DNA from: Eledone cirrhosa
Lineage: Eukaryota
Length of the DNA stretch: 64,000 nucleotides
Assembly: GCA_964016885.1 (NCBI GenBank)
Contig: OZ024744.1
Span: 82,522,001-82,586,000, forward strand
Direction: 5' to 3'
Of this stretch, positions 1 to 14,435 are shown in pieces (position 1 is the first letter of the stretch; each line of letters begins with the position of its first letter). The notes below the pieces were generated by a model. That model worked only from the letters and a program-made list of their open reading frames with translations, did not search any database and had not been told where the DNA came from. The position numbers and the translations under genes are program-made.

Positions 1-414
1 ACACCATCACCATCATTAACCCCAACACCACCATCACCAACACCACAAAAGTCACCAAAGAGCGAAACAGAAACAAATCCACAACAAACGCAAACAAAAC
101 AAAACAATGAAAATGATACACACTACACAGCAATAAATTTAAACAACAACCAATTATTACACTACATCCAACACAACACCAGCATCACAGAAAAAGACTA
201 CACAACAACCCAAAAGTTCACACCACCTCCACACATACAAATCACTCGCATCAGAGAGAAAGCGTACACGACACTAAAACAAAAATTCCCCAAAGACATC
301 GGAGACTTCCGACAAGCACTCTCCAGGAGGATTTATAAGGACATCCTTCCGGAGGAGGCCAGAAGCAGTGAAAAGGATGGAGAAACCAATCTTCCTCTAC
401 GAGAAGTAAGGTAA
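1..414 (+). CDS. C-terminal part of Tx1-like ORF1 (open frame, missed by the ORF track)
   Basis: Frame 1 reads ...HYTAINLNNQQLLHYIQHNT...KQKFPKDIGDFRQALSRRIYKDIL...LPLREVR*, homologous to the end of ORF1 at 18341-20434. Confidence 0.85.
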   Translation, partial: TPSPSLTPTPPSPTPQKSPKSETETNPQQTQTKQNNENDTHYTAINLNNNQLLHYIQHNTSITEKDYTTTQKFTPPPHIQITRIREKAYTTLKQKFPKDIGDFRQALSRRIYKDILPEEARSSEKDGETNLPLREVR

Positions 415-447
415 GTGGTCTTTCCCATCTTCTCCACTCATTTCAAC

Positions 448-3400
448 ATGACCTCACTCAGAATAGGCAGCATAAATGCGCGTGGCTTGGGGTCGTCATG
501 GAAGCAGGGCCACCTGATCAACGACCTCAGGTCACTAAACATAGATGTAGTGGCCATCAACGAGACCAGAATCTCCGCAGCACGGGCCTTCGCACCGATC
601 TTCGGCGGCTACGATGTGTACGCATCTCCCAGCCGTCCTGAATCGGCGGGAGGAGTTGCTGTGCTTTTTCGGAGAGGTTTGTATCTCGCCATACGTGACC
701 AGCGGAGACGGCCAAGCTTTCAGGCTAGTGGCCGTCTATGCCCCGACAGGAGCAGGGCGGCCTGATTTCTTCCGGCGTTGGGAGACCTTTCTTGGAACGC
801 CCCGCTCTTTAGTGTTAGTGGGCGACTGGAACGGGATCTTAGATGCACGCTGGGACTGTGTGGGATTAGCGGATAGGGTAGGAGGGTGCAAGAGCCACAC
901 CAACCTGCTCAGCCGATTCGAACTGTCCGACAGGTACCGATTGGATTTCCCGAATGTGCCAATGTGGACTTTACAAATCGCATAGGTTCATCCAGATCAT
1001 ATCTAGATAGAGTATTTTGTAGGGAAATAGATAGGTCTAGCATAGGCTGTCCACAATTCAAGATAGTCAGCTACACGGACCACAAATTCGTGATCTGTGT
1101 GCTTGACTTAGATAGGCTTCATAGACGAGGACCCGGCCTTACCAGCGCGCAAGGCCTACAGAGACCGGATTAAGGAACTAGTTAAGCGGGCGTTGACGGA
1201 GGCCATCGTCAACAAGTGGTGATTTGCTCTGAAAAGAGCGATTAGTATAGAGTTCATTAGGTTTAGTAAGGCTTTAGCAATAGAGAAAAATAGAGCAGAG
1301 GGAGAACTAGTTAGAAAATAGACGAGGCGCTTAGCAAAGGCATCGCGACCGACGTACTTGCGGCGAAATTGGCCCTTGACCAATTCTTCAATGCAAAGCA
1401 CGAAGGCTGCGTTGTCAGAGCTAGGGTGCGTGCTCTTAGACACGAGGGGACGAAAGCCGTTCAATGGGCCCGAGTGGCGGAGGCGCGTCGTGGCAACAAA
1501 GCCACGATCCAGTCTTTGGTGGACCACGATGGGCGCATGCTACTCGATCCCGGGCAAATGTGTGAAGCTTTTCAGCGACACTTCGCACAACTGTTCGGGG
1601 GCAGCGGCGGGCCGGATCGAGGGATGGACTTGAGTGTCTGCCTCGACGGACTGCCGCGGCTCTCGGCCACTGTGGCGGAGTGTTGCGAAAAGCCGATAAC
1701 AGCCGCTGAAGTACGGGAGGCAATGACTGGCTGCATCAGGGGTAAATCGTCTGGTTTGGATGGTCTGCCCTATGAACTTTACGTACAGATGCCAGACTTG
1801 TTCGGGGGCCTCTTGGCAGACATCTACTGCAACTGGTAACCGAACGGGAGAAGTCCCAGTTCTGTGAGCCGAGGAGCTGTGGCGCTGCTGAGAAAGGATC
1901 CGAACAAGGGGGATAACAGATAATTTCAGGCACATAACTCTGCTAAACCGGGTTCAAGATTTTGGCCAAGGTGCTAGCAAAGAGATTGGCGCTTGTCGTT
2001 GGTGGTCTGGTGGGAGAGGCGCCGACATGCGCCATTCCCGACAGATCCATCCACGACAACCTCCACCTCCTGCGATACATCGTAGAGAGGGTAGCTAGGG
2101 AACCTGGAACGGGTGGGTCCTTCATCAATTTAGATCAGTCAAAAGCTTTCGTTAGGGTCGACCATCGTTACCTAGCGGCAGTCCTGAGGGCGGCTGCCTT
2201 TGGGCCCGTCTTCAGAGGCTGGATCGCTGCCATGCACAGCGACATCTGCTCTGTGGTGAGAGTGAACGGTCACCTTTCGGAACCGTTCAACATCATGCGC
2301 TCGGTCCGCCAACGATGTCCCCTCTCGTCCTTCTTTTACGTATTGACTCTCGAGCCTTTACTGCACAAACTGGAGACGTCGAGGGGCGTCCCACGCGAAC
2401 TAGTATGCGTAAGATCCGTGTCAGAATATGCGGACGATGTCACCGTAGTGGTGTCGAACGCCAAACACATCGAGGCGATCGGCACTACACTAAGAGAATA
2501 CGAAGCGGTGACAGGAGCAATGATCAACCAGGAAAAGTCAGTGGGCCTGCAGCTCGGCACCTGGAGAGGCAGGTCCATGCCGTCCAACAGCGTCATCGGG
2601 CGCTGGACGGACGGACCGGTTAAATTGCTAGGGGTCTGGTTCGGTCCAGACCTCCAGACGGACAAAAACTGGGACGAGGTGACGAGCAGGGTGGCTTCTC
2701 TCACCCAGAAATGGGTCGAGAGGAAGCTATCCCTGAAAGGTCGAGCGGAGGTGGTGAATGCGTACATCGCATCCGTCATCTACTACCGCCTGACCGTCGT
2801 ACCTTGTCCTAAGCCCCGCCTGACTGCGCTGGAGCGATTGCCCTTTCGCTTCTTGTGGAAGGGACGCGCTCCGATGGTCAGGCGGTCCATCTGCTGTCAA
2901 CACCCGCTACGTGAAGGGCTGGGCATGCCGTGGCTGATGATGCGCAGACACGCGCTCAGGCTACGACATCTCCACCTCTTCCTCAACGGTGATCAAGTGT
3001 GGTCGCCGTTTGCTAGACGCGTTTTTCCCCAGCTCGTCTCCTTGACGGAGCTGCAGTCCTGGGTCAAGCGAAGACCGAGAGGGAGCGCTTGGAGACTGGA
3101 ATGTCTTCAGGCGCTCACAGCCCTCGAGCAATCGGGCAATGTGATCGGTGAAAACTCCACCTTGGCGTTCTATAGGGGATTAGTGGAGGGGAAGAGCGAC
3201 GACGTACTTGGAGAAACTCTAGGCGTCGACGAAAATCAACTAGCCAATCTCTTCGGAAGGACTTTCGGGCCGGGGCCTATGGACAACTTCCAGAAATCCC
3301 TGGCAGTGCTACCGAGGAGCTTTGCCAGTTCGGGATAAACTCTACAGGCATGGAGGTGCCGTCAGCCGGGCATGTCCGAGATGCGCGTAGGGCGACGAAA

Positions 3401-3789
3401 CCGTCCTGCACGCACTCGTCCAGTGTCCGAGCATTGCTGACTTGTGGGTTTATGTCGAACACCTGCTGTCACGTGTAGGACGGATCCAGCTATCAGCTGA
3501 GTCCATCGTGAGGATTGCCCCGCCCCCTTCCTTTAGCCGGGAAGGGCAGGCAGTTTTTATCTGTCTGGTGGCCATGGCGAAAGAGATAGTATGGTGGACA
3601 CGTTTGAAAGGGCTGAAGACGAGCACTTACCTCTTCGGTGATGCCCTGATTAACTTTTTCAAATTTCATTTGAAAAGGAAAATCAGGGTAGAGAGGGAAG
3701 TGCTCTCTTCCCAGCATTTTGTTGAAAGATGGATGAGAGAAGCAAGTATGGCCCGAATGAATGGGCCTTCTCTGAGTATGTGTCTGTAA
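448..3789 (+). pseudogene. ORF2 pseudogene (APE endonuclease, RT, CCHC) of Tx1 copy 1
   Basis: Fragments SINARG, GDWN, YTDH, DQSKAF, YADD and the C-terminal Cys/His region, broken by frameshifts, stops and small deletions. Confidence 0.93.
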
Positions 3790-4032
3790 ATTAAAGGTGG
3801 AAAGCTGGGAGAGGGCACTTGCCCTGGTGGTCAGGGCCACTGTGGTCTTTTAATGGGCTTTCTCCACAAATGTCCCTCGGAAGTCTCCCCCCCCCTATTG
3901 GGGAATTTTTCTTTGTTATTTTATTTCAACCTCCGTTTTTTTACACGCAGAAATGCCCATTTGTACCGTCCTGTATTGTCCTGTACTGTCCTTAATGTCT
4001 ACTTTATGTAAACCCTTGTGGTTAATAAAGAA

Positions 4033-4066
<34 letters not shown>

Positions 4067-4396
4067 TTATTATTCCCTACTACTATTTTACCATACGTTT
4101 CCCCCGCCATCTTCTTGTTTTCGCTTTACTGACAACGTAATATATATATATATAAGAGACAGAAAGACAAAAATGAAAGGTTAATTCACTTAAGATTTAT
4201 TCTATTCTAAGATGTGTATTTCGGTGAGAGAAATCGTAACACCTTGTCTCACACCTCACACGTTTAATGATACAAACGAATACGGGTGTTATATTGCCAT
4301 TTATTTATCTATCCACCTATCTATCTCACTATGTATCTAACTATCTTTGTATTTATCTATGTATCTTAACGCATTCGCGCGTGTATTATATTTATT

Positions 4397-4960
<564 letters not shown>

Positions 4961-5434
4961 CACATACACTTATGTATCTATAAATAATTTATATAGTATA
5001 CACATACAAATAATTACTAGTATACACATACAAATACATACGCACATACAAGTAGATGTATGTGTGTATTTGTATGTGTATGTGCGTATGTATATTTGCG
5101 TATTTACATAAATATTTGAAAAAAAAAACATGTTTATATTTTAAAAAATGAAATGCCATGAATTTTCGTTCATTTTATTTATTGTTGTCGTTATTGTTAT
5201 CGCTCTTGGTTATTATTTATTCATTGTCTTTGTATATTTTTTGTAATTGTTTAATTATTACATAATTGATATTGTATAATTTTCTATTTATATTAAAAGT
5301 TTTTTCTTTTTATCTTTCATCTGTATGTATGTTTTTTGGGAGATTATATATATATATATGTATGTAAAAGGTAAACAGAAATAATAATATGGTAGGGTTA
5401 TATTAGGTTAACGCTTGATATAGCAGGAAGAAGG

Positions 5435-5470
5435 CCTTAACGTTTCGGACGCTAGTCCTTCATCAGAAGA
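5435..5470 (-). ncRNA. Minimal type I hammerhead ribozyme
   Basis: Minus strand: ucuu CUGAUGA a ggac-uagc-gucc GAAA cguu aagg. Confidence 0.8.
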
Positions 5471-6474
5471 AAGAATGAGAAATAAAATAGATTGAGAGGA
5501 TGGGCGGGATGGAATTGGAAAAAAATGTCTTTAGATAAAAATAACTGTTCATTCATGTTGACATCTCTTGCAAAACTGTTGGTGTTGGCGTTTTGTGTAT
5601 GATTTGTTTTTTAGAAAAGTGGATATTGGAGCGCGTCTACCTGAAATGAAAAGAAAAACCCGTTTTGTAAAAAGAGCTATACTTAAGGATGTGCGTAAGC
5701 ATGAGTTTGTGTCTGTGTGTGTGTGTGTGTTATTATAGGTCCGTATGAAGCTAAGAAGAAATGTGTGATTATATATGAGTAAAAGAGTGTGTGTGCATGT
5801 AGGTACGAAGCTATGAGCAAAAGTATGTTAATATAAGGGTGTGTAATATAAGGAAGCTGCTAATGATCAAGAGAAAGCGATAGGAATCTAGCGGTGTGAT
5901 AATGGACGGGATTAGACAAGGGAAGTAAAGTTATATATAAAACAGTGGATATAGAGAAAAGGTGGTGTTGGAAATAGCACGGAAAATATATTTTAGGGTC
6001 TGTTTTTCTTTTTTTCGCTTTCTTTGATTCGTGAAAGTGACATTATTGAAAAAATGAGAGGGACAATTCTTTTAAAAAAAGTTTTAAGATGTATATAAAG
6101 TATATAAAGTATATCAAATATTACCGGTTTCGATGTATTATTAAAATCCATCTTATCAAATGTTGAGTATTGCAATTAAAAAGAATTAATAGGAATTGAG
6201 AACTAAAAATTAAAGATTTAAAATTAAAATTAAGTGTTGGAGTAAGTTTTTTTCCCATCTTTATTGCTCAAAAGTGGACTGGTGAATGTGGTTTTGTTAA
6301 TAGAGAGGTGGTAGTGAAGATAGTAGCAGCAATGTTGGTGGTTGTGTTTCTACACAGAACAAAGTTGTTATTTGGGGGCAAAGGAAACAACCTGTAAATA
6401 TGTGTGTGCATATCTGATTGTGTTAATTGACTGATCAAGAGTTCAAATGGGGGTGGGGAATTGTAAAACTTCAT

Positions 6475-7650
6475 TATTGATGGACTTCGATTTATCTTAC
6501 AAAATAATTTCTTTACTTTCAATGACTCAACATACCGACAAATCTCAGGGACTCCAATGGGCACAAAGGTAGCCCCCACATACGCCAACTTAGTCATGCG
6601 ATTCCACGAACAACAAATCTACAACCAATCCCTTCTATTATTCGGAGACTCATTCCTTACGCATCTCAAAAATAATTGGAAGAGGTACCTAGACGATTGC
6701 TTTATACTATGGCAGGAAGACATGAATACACTGACTCTTTTCAAAAATATGATTAACAACATTAACAATAATATACAATTAACAATGGAATCCAACTCCA
6801 AGGAATTAGCCTTCTTGGATATTATCATTCTAAAAACAGATGGGAAAATAGAAACAGACATCTTTTATAAACCCACGGACTCCAAATAGTACCTCCTATT
6901 CACATCACATCACTCAAAACATACAAAACTTAACATTCCTTTTAATTTAGCCAAACGTATATGCACCATAGTATCAGACCCGGCCAAACGGGAACAAAGA
7001 CTAAATTAACATAAAAACACACTTACCTTAAAAGCCTCCCACTTGACATAATTAATAACGGAATAGACAAAGCAAAACACGCAAATTTTCATCAACCTAA
7101 CAGCCCAAAGCACAGAACAACAAACAATACCTTACCATATGTATCCACGTTCAACCCCAGACACACCAAAGTGTTCGACCTCCTACACAAAAACCTCCCC
7201 ATTCTACTTAAAGATGAAAAAAGGAAAACAAAATCTAGAAACACAAGAACATTAAAAGCAAAAGGCAACTAAAATCACTAAAACACATTCTCACTGGAAC
7301 AAAGATACACAAACCTATCTCCAACCTCACGGTAACAAAATGCAGAAGGACAAACTGTGGAACATGCCTTTACTTAATTGAAGGCCATAAATTCACGTTT
7401 AAAGATGGCCAAACTTTCACAGTGAAAAACAACTTCACTTGCAACTCGGAGAATCTGATCTATGTAATCACATACGGTGGCTGTCGACATAACTATATAG
7501 GACAGACGCAAAAGAATGACCATCCATCGCCAACAAATCCGAGACTTAAACACAAGGAAAACCTCCTTAAGTAGCCACATTGCAGATTGTGCAACAACGA
7601 AGAAAAAATAAGGAAAAACTATTTATTAACAAATTTAAACCAAAACTAAA
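6475..7650 (+). pseudogene. Penelope-like RT and GIY-YIG endonuclease remnant
   Basis: NFFTFN..YRQISGTPMGTKVAPTYANL, WKRYLDDCF, FLDI, TDIFYKPTD, then C..C and NLIYVIT..GC..YIGQT motifs; stops and frameshifts present. Confidence 0.9.
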
Positions 7651-8165
7651 TATATAATCATCCCCATTAACCCCCCCCCCCCCCCACACACACACCACAA
7701 AATAAGAGAGGACAACTTACTCATTCCAGAAGTTTCCTGTTTGAGAACCACTACTGATACTCTGCTCTGTTTTTTTTTTATATTTTCTAAATTTTAGGAA
7801 TCTTTTACTTTGTGAGAATTTTCTGAATTTTGGAGAAAAATGTTTTAAATTTCCCACAACAAAGGGACCTCTGACAGATAGGCTGAAAAAAACACACACA
7901 CACACACGACAACCCCCCCCCCCCATAAGTCTAATCTTATACAGGATATTCAAATTAGCGCAGCTGAGAGTAGAATATAATATATAAGTAACGTAGGTCA
8001 TTGGTATTAAGTCAACGTTCTCCAGCCAACGTCTAGCTCACTCAATGAATCTGCCGAAGTGCAGTAAACCAACTGCAATGAATTGTTCAGAGTGCACACA
8101 TTTAGTTAATAGCAGATACGGTGGCTGTGTTTTACTACAGATAAAATTAAACCTCTTAACTCCTA

Positions 8166-8529
8166 GACGATATCGTTTCTGTGAAACATAACTTCACAAA
8201 TACAGAAATTGCATCCGCAATGTTGAGAAAGTCACGCTATATCAGCAGATATTTACGTGACCGAGCTATTACACGTCTTCAGCAGGTGGCCCACGCCATA
8301 ACATGTGTGAGTTAGCCATAACTACTGGATAACGGTGGATACCTTATCCAGTAGTAATGGCTAACACACACTGAATAGACCTATCTTATGACTTGGGCGA
8401 CCTACTGAAGACGTGTAATTGCCTAATAGCCCGTTTACTTAAATATCTGCTGATATCGAGTGACTTTCTGAACATTGTGGATGTAATATCTACATTTCTG
8501 AAGTTATGTTGCGCAGAAACGATATCGTC
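8166..8529. repeat. Fold-back (long imperfect inverted repeat), MITE-like
   Basis: gacgatatcgtttctg...cagaaacgatatcgtc arms of about 135 bp plus an inner hairpin gttagccat...ctggataa/ttatccag...atggctaac. Confidence 0.8.
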
Positions 8530-8553
8530 CACACACACACACACACACATATA

Positions 8554-8609
<56 letters not shown>

Positions 8610-8628
8610 TATATTCCAACCATACATA

Positions 8629-8754
<126 letters not shown>

Positions 8755-8833
8755 TATATTCCAACCATATATATATGTATATAAATATATATATATATAA
8801 ATATATATTCAATCTATCTTATTTCTCATTCTT

Positions 8834-8869
8834 TCTTCTGATGAAGGACTAGCGACCGAAACGTTAAGA
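8834..8869 (+). ncRNA. Minimal type I hammerhead ribozyme in the PLE pseudo-LTR
   Basis: ucuu CUGAUGA a gg...cc GAAA cguu aaga, with one stem II mismatch. Confidence 0.75.
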
Positions 8870-8950
8870 CCCTCTTCCTGCTATTTCAAGCGTTAACCTA
8901 ATATATTCCTTCCATATACTGTACTGATTGTGTTGTTATTCCTGTTTACC

Positions 8951-9054
<104 letters not shown>

Positions 9055-9850
9055 GTGTGTGTTTGTGTATGTATAACCTTATAAGTTTAAGCTGCAGTTG
9101 AAGTCTTTTCTAATTTTCCATACCCGTTTAACAAAAGCAAATAATAGTCACAAAAGTGAATGTTCAACAGTTGCAGTTTGTTTATGTTGCGTTAACATGC
9201 ATTTGCATTTAATAGTCGATGTTGATAAGCAGGTTTCGTAGCTAAAACATGCCGAGTTGCAGCAGTTAAAATATTAATACCAACTAACAACAATATTAAC
9301 ACCAAAAGGGCAAAGAAACAACAACAATACATTCACTGACACAACGACAAATCAAGTGAGTAGTTGAATTACGTAGTACAATATGGAACATCATAAGTAA
9401 TGTACAGAGACTGGAGGAACTTATGTCAAGACACCCCACCAAAGTGACAATTAATAGAAACGTATACCCAGGCCCTTACATGACGTGAAGAGAAAAACTT
9501 CCATAAGCTGTTAGTTGTTTCGAAAGAGTAAAGAACTTTCCGTGGGGTCGTTTTAAAAACCCCCACTGAGAATATTAGATTACTAGTCGGTCTCTGCGAT
9601 CAAAATAACTAGCATCTTGCACGTCTTTTCGACTTAGATAGGAAATAAATAGAAGGCAGAGAGGGAGTTCCAACCCTTATAGTAACGTTGTTAGACAGTG
9701 GGTAATATTGGCGAATATATCCCAAGTGAATAGAACTACTTCTAGCATACAGAACTATAACAAAACAAAGCACATACCCAAAGCACACAGTTCAGTGCTC
9801 AGTAGTGCCATGAAAGCACAAAATAAAATTGCTAGAAAATAATAATAAAA

Positions 9851-10038
9851 ATAATTGTTTCTACTTTTGGCACAAGGCCAGCAATTACCCCAGTACATTA
9901 CTGGTACTTTATTTTATCGATCCCGTAAGAATGAAAGGCAAAGTTAACCTCGGTGGTATTTGAACTCAGAACCTAAAGGGTCATAACTCTATGCTGCAAA
10001 GTATGGTGTCTGACGCTCTACCGATACTGCCAATCCAA
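9851..10038 (-). mobile_element. tRNA-derived SINE of the main family (Meta-domain-like core)
   Basis: B-box gagttcaaat, core ctttgcctttcat...gtcgataaaataaagtaccag, tail ggccttgtgccaaaagtagaaacaattat. Confidence 0.88.
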
Positions 10039-10500
10039 TAATAACAAATGTCAAATATCATAGTGTACAATTTATGTCTTGAAGATGCAGAAAATGGGGG
10101 AAGAAAAAAGATGGCGAAATAAAAAGGTGGAATTAAAAAGAAATGACACTGAAGGTGACATTGATGATGGCGATGATGATGTTGGTGAATGAGAAGAAAT
10201 AAATCACAACAGGTATAATATAAAAATAATTTGGGACTGCATGTATATATATATATGTATATATGTATATATATACACACACACACACATATATATATAT
10301 GTGTGTGTGTGTGGGTGTGTGTGTGTTTGTGTATATATATGTGTATGCGTGTGTGTGTGTAAAAGTAAACAGAAATAACAAAAATAACAAAACAAACGGC
10401 ACAGTACATACATATATGAATATCTACATATATGTATGCATATATGAATATCTACATTCACATATGCATACATATATATGTATACACATGGATGCACGCA

Positions 10501-10628
<128 letters not shown>

Positions 10629-11030
10629 TACTCATATATATATATATATAAAGAAGCCAAAGACATGTCGACCTGATACTGTGGCATTATTACGTCACGT
10701 TTTAAACACCTTATAATTCTGTTGGATTCTTTGAAATAAGTATGTTGAGTGTATGAACCTGTTAATTGGATTTCAGTGCTGAAGGTGTCCTTCCCCCGAA
10801 ACACCTATATATTTTCAAAGTGAAGGCTTTCGGGTGACGCATTGTTTCGTTCCAATTTCTCTTTTCCTTCAGATCATGCAGGCTTAAATTGATTAAGTAT
10901 TTTTTGTTTCTAAATATGTTTGTGTTTCTTTGATTCTTTTTTTTTTTTTTTACTTAATTTCTTTCATGTCAACATATTCTATAAATTTTATAAAAACTTT
11001 AAATATAAAACCCGAAAAATAAAACATAAA

Positions 11031-11081
<51 letters not shown>

Positions 11082-11095
11082 CATATATATATATA

Positions 11096-11176
<81 letters not shown>

Positions 11177-11338
11177 TTATATATATGTATATATATAATG
11201 GCTACTCTTTACTTAAAAACTGTGACCTTGTATGTCTGATTGACTGTCAGTTGTGTTTTTTAAATTCTTTTTTTACAAACGTTAATTTGATTGTGTAAAC
11301 GTGCTTTAATTTTAATTCCGTTTCAATTAAATACTCAA

Positions 11339-11398
<60 letters not shown>

Positions 11399-11796
11399 GT
11401 ACCCGTTTATATGTATATATAAATAACTAAATATTTGTTTATCGTATAAAGCAATACAATTTTGCAATTTGATAGATAGCATCATACAAATCAGAACAAA
11501 AAATGTAAATTTATTGTAATCAACTCAGCAATTTTATATATGACATAACATTTAGCACGCCAATTTGATAACGCCAAGTTTGGCTTCGTTTTGATTTTGA
11601 TTCGTTTATATTTATACAAATATCAATATCTATACAATGGTGGTGGTGCTGGAGTGACATAAATAATTAAATTACACGAAACCATTTTCTAAATCAGTGA
11701 GAAGTAGATAAGAGGCAAAACCCCAAGCACAATATAAAATGCTTAGATTTGACTTAAGCACTGTAATCTAAAATAATTTTTATATTTCATATACTT

Positions 11797-12090
11797 ATTT
11801 ATTATAAATTTACAATTGTATAGGGTAATAACCAGATGGTTGTTTATTTGTTTATTGTCAAAGCTCTTTCGTCACACATTCTATTACTGCCTCAGTGACT
11901 AATTTGTTAATTTGTGTCTTTCCTACGCAATCTTGTGATATGTTGTAGGACAGAAAGAAGGAGGGACACAAAATAACAAATTAGTCTCTGAGGAGATCAC
12001 AGAATATGTGACGAAAGAGCTTTGACAATAAACAAATAAACAAACATCCGGTTATTAAACTAAACAACTGTAAATCTATATATAATATAA
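11797..12090. mobile_element. Non-coding fold-back of two inverted PLE pseudo-LTR arms, each with a hammerhead (11857-11900 minus, 11983-12026 plus)
   Basis: Arms are reverse complements; the plus arm reads CUGAGGA g.ucaca..uguga c GAAA gagc uu ugac; the pseudo-LTR 3' end resumes at 13060-13132. Confidence 0.75.
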
Positions 12091-12268
12091 CAGAAATATA
12101 TTTATTGGTTGGTTGGTTGGCTGGTTGGCTGGTTGAATCACACCAAAACTACACACACACACACACACACACACATATCTAAAGAGAGAGAGAGAGGCAG
12201 AAAGAGAGAGATATGCCGTTATACAATTAAAGTGTTAGATATTCAGAGAGAGAGAGAGAGAGAGAAAG

Positions 12269-12299
<31 letters not shown>

Positions 12300-12309
12300 T
12301 AGAGAGAGA

Positions 12310-12378
<69 letters not shown>

Positions 12379-12439
12379 GTCCGGCAAAAGTATCAGTTGA
12401 AGGTTTAACAATATTGCGTTAGCTTTTATAAAGTCGTTT

Positions 12440-13056
12440 GATTTTCCAGAACAAAGAAAAATTGATACTACTTGAAATTAGTCTACCCTCCAGCTTTTAT
12501 CCATTTATTATTTACATTCCGTAGGAATGAACGTAGATTGGCAGAATCGGTAGAGCGTCAAACACGATGCTTTCTAGCATAGTTACGTCCCTAGCATAGT
12601 TACGTCTGAGTTCAAATCCCGCCGAGGTTAACTTTGCCTTCCATCCTTACGGGGTCGATAAAATAAAGTACCAGTAATGCACTGGGTATTTGCTGGCCTT
12701 GTGCCTAAAGTAGAAACAATTATTTACATTCCGTACTAACGAAACAACACTTCAGAAGCAATGTTATGCGGTATATTGCTGTGTTTCGGATGACGTTCTT
12801 TGGAGCTGAAAAAAGATCATACTGACTATGGTTATTTCACAACATTTAAAATCCAGGGCCAATGCTACCATTTAATCGGCAGTTTACTCCCCCAGCCTAA
12901 TAAGGAAGTTTTATGATTGTTTATTTTTATGTCTCTCTCACACACACTCGCACACACTCATTACGGTCACACAAGACAACACATCCAATACAATCGTTTT
13001 CTCTTTTATCCGTCTTTTCTTAACTGTTCTCCCGTCGAAGCCGGGTACCTAGCTAG
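12440..13056 (+). mobile_element. Internally deleted Helitron remnant interrupted by a SINE
   Basis: Encodes ...VFRMTFFGA... and GYFTTFKIQGQCYHLIGSLLP (RepHel N-terminal motifs) and ends in hairpin cccgtcgaagccggg followed by CTAG|T. Confidence 0.75.
12530..12720 (+). mobile_element. SINE with a 17-bp TSD
   Basis: TSD attatttacattccgta at 12507-12523 and 12719-12735. Confidence 0.9.
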
Positions 13057-13270
13057 TGTTTAATAAATTGAAGTGAAAACCGACAGGTGCGTGTGTTTTT
13101 ATTGGTAGCATGACACTCCCAAAGTATAACAACACACACACACACACACGCGCACACGCACGCGCACACACATTCACATGCACACCTATATGTATATATG
13201 ACATGTCTTAGCAGACTGGAACTGCTAATAATATGCTAATTAGTACCTCCATTTAATATATAACATAGAG

Positions 13271-13992
13271 CAGTGCTACTCAAAGTGGTGGTCCGCGGAC
13301 CGGTGCCGGTACGCGAGCCATCAGCTACCGGTACGCGAGCCATCAGCTATCGGTACGCGAGCCATCAGCTACCGGTACGCGGCCAGTGTCCAGGCCATGT
13401 TAAGGAATCATTTGAGGAATTTTTTTTATTACTTTTTTATATGTTTTGATATTGTATTATTTGTTTACAAAATAGAGGGTTGAACGCCATGCTTTCTAGC
13501 ATAGTTACGTCCCTTTACGGTCTGAGTTCAAATCCCGTCGAGGTTAACTTTGCCTTTCATCCTTACGGGGGTCGATAACATAAAGTACTAGTAATGTACT
13601 GTTGTAATTGCTGGCCTTGTGCCAAAAGTAGAAACAATTATTTGTTTACAAAATAAATAGAAGATAAAAAAAATGGTCAACTATTATTATATTCATTATG
13701 GTGAATTGGCAATATCGGTAGAGGGTCGGACATGCTTTCCAACATAGTTACGTCCCTTTACGATCTGAGTTCAAATCCCGCCGAGGTTAACTTTGCCTTT
13801 CATCCTTACGGGGGTCGATAACATAAAGTACTAGTAATGTACTGGGTAATTGCTGGCCTTGTGCCAAAAGTAGAAACAGTTATATATATCGTTTCCGGTA
13901 TAAATTAATATTACTACGAAATATTAGCGGTATGTGGCACATTGAAAAAAAAAAATGCCGGTCCGCCACATCAGATAGGTTGAGAAGCACTG
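13271..13992. mobile_element. hAT (Charlie-like) non-autonomous DNA transposon with two nested SINEs (about 13473-13638 and 13699-13880)
   Basis: TIRs cagtgctactcaa / ttgagaagcactg, 8-bp TSD acatagag (13263-13270, 13993-14000), and an internal 22-bp tandem repeat x3. Confidence 0.88.
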
Positions 13993-14036
13993 ACATAGAG
14001 TATATAAAACCTTCAATTATTTACATCCTTGATATG

Positions 14037-14080
14037 CCTTCTGATGAAAGCTCATGTACGCTTGAAAACTGGCTAAAGAT
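14037..14080 (+). ncRNA. Putative hammerhead ribozyme (solitary PLE-type terminus)
   Basis: cuu CUGAUGA aagc-ucauguac-gcuu GAAA acuggc ua aag; stem III is weak. Confidence 0.5.
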
Positions 14081-14376
14081 GTTTATAACGTTTTCAATTT
14101 GCGTTTTCAATTTAATACGATTCACTGTGGATATCGGTTAACCGTTCGTCTTCAGTATATCTATGTAGCGTGCAGTGTCTGTGTGTGTGTGTGTATGTGT
14201 GTTTGTTTGTGTTTTTGTGTTTGTGTGTTTGTTTGTTTGTGTGTTCGCGTTGTTGTTTGTGTGTTTATATGTGTGTGTTTGTGTGTTTGTGCGTGCGTGT
14301 GTTTGTGCCTGTATGTTTATGTGTGCATATATGTATGCGTGTGTACGTGTACATATGTCTGTTTGTGTGTTTATAT

Positions 14377-14435
<59 letters not shown>

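Larger units (their letters stand above)
1..4035 (+). mobile_element. Tx1/L1-group non-LTR retrotransposon, decayed copy 1 (5' end lies outside the window)
   Basis: Near-identical to the full-length copy from about nt 370 onward, with the same 3' UTR ending cccttgtggttaataaagaaa and an (ATT)n tail at 4036-4073. Confidence 0.93.

Noticed and set aside
13305-13382. 22-bp direct repeats suggesting a CRISPR-like array
   Set aside because: No spacers; a tandem duplication inside a hAT MITE in eukaryotic DNA
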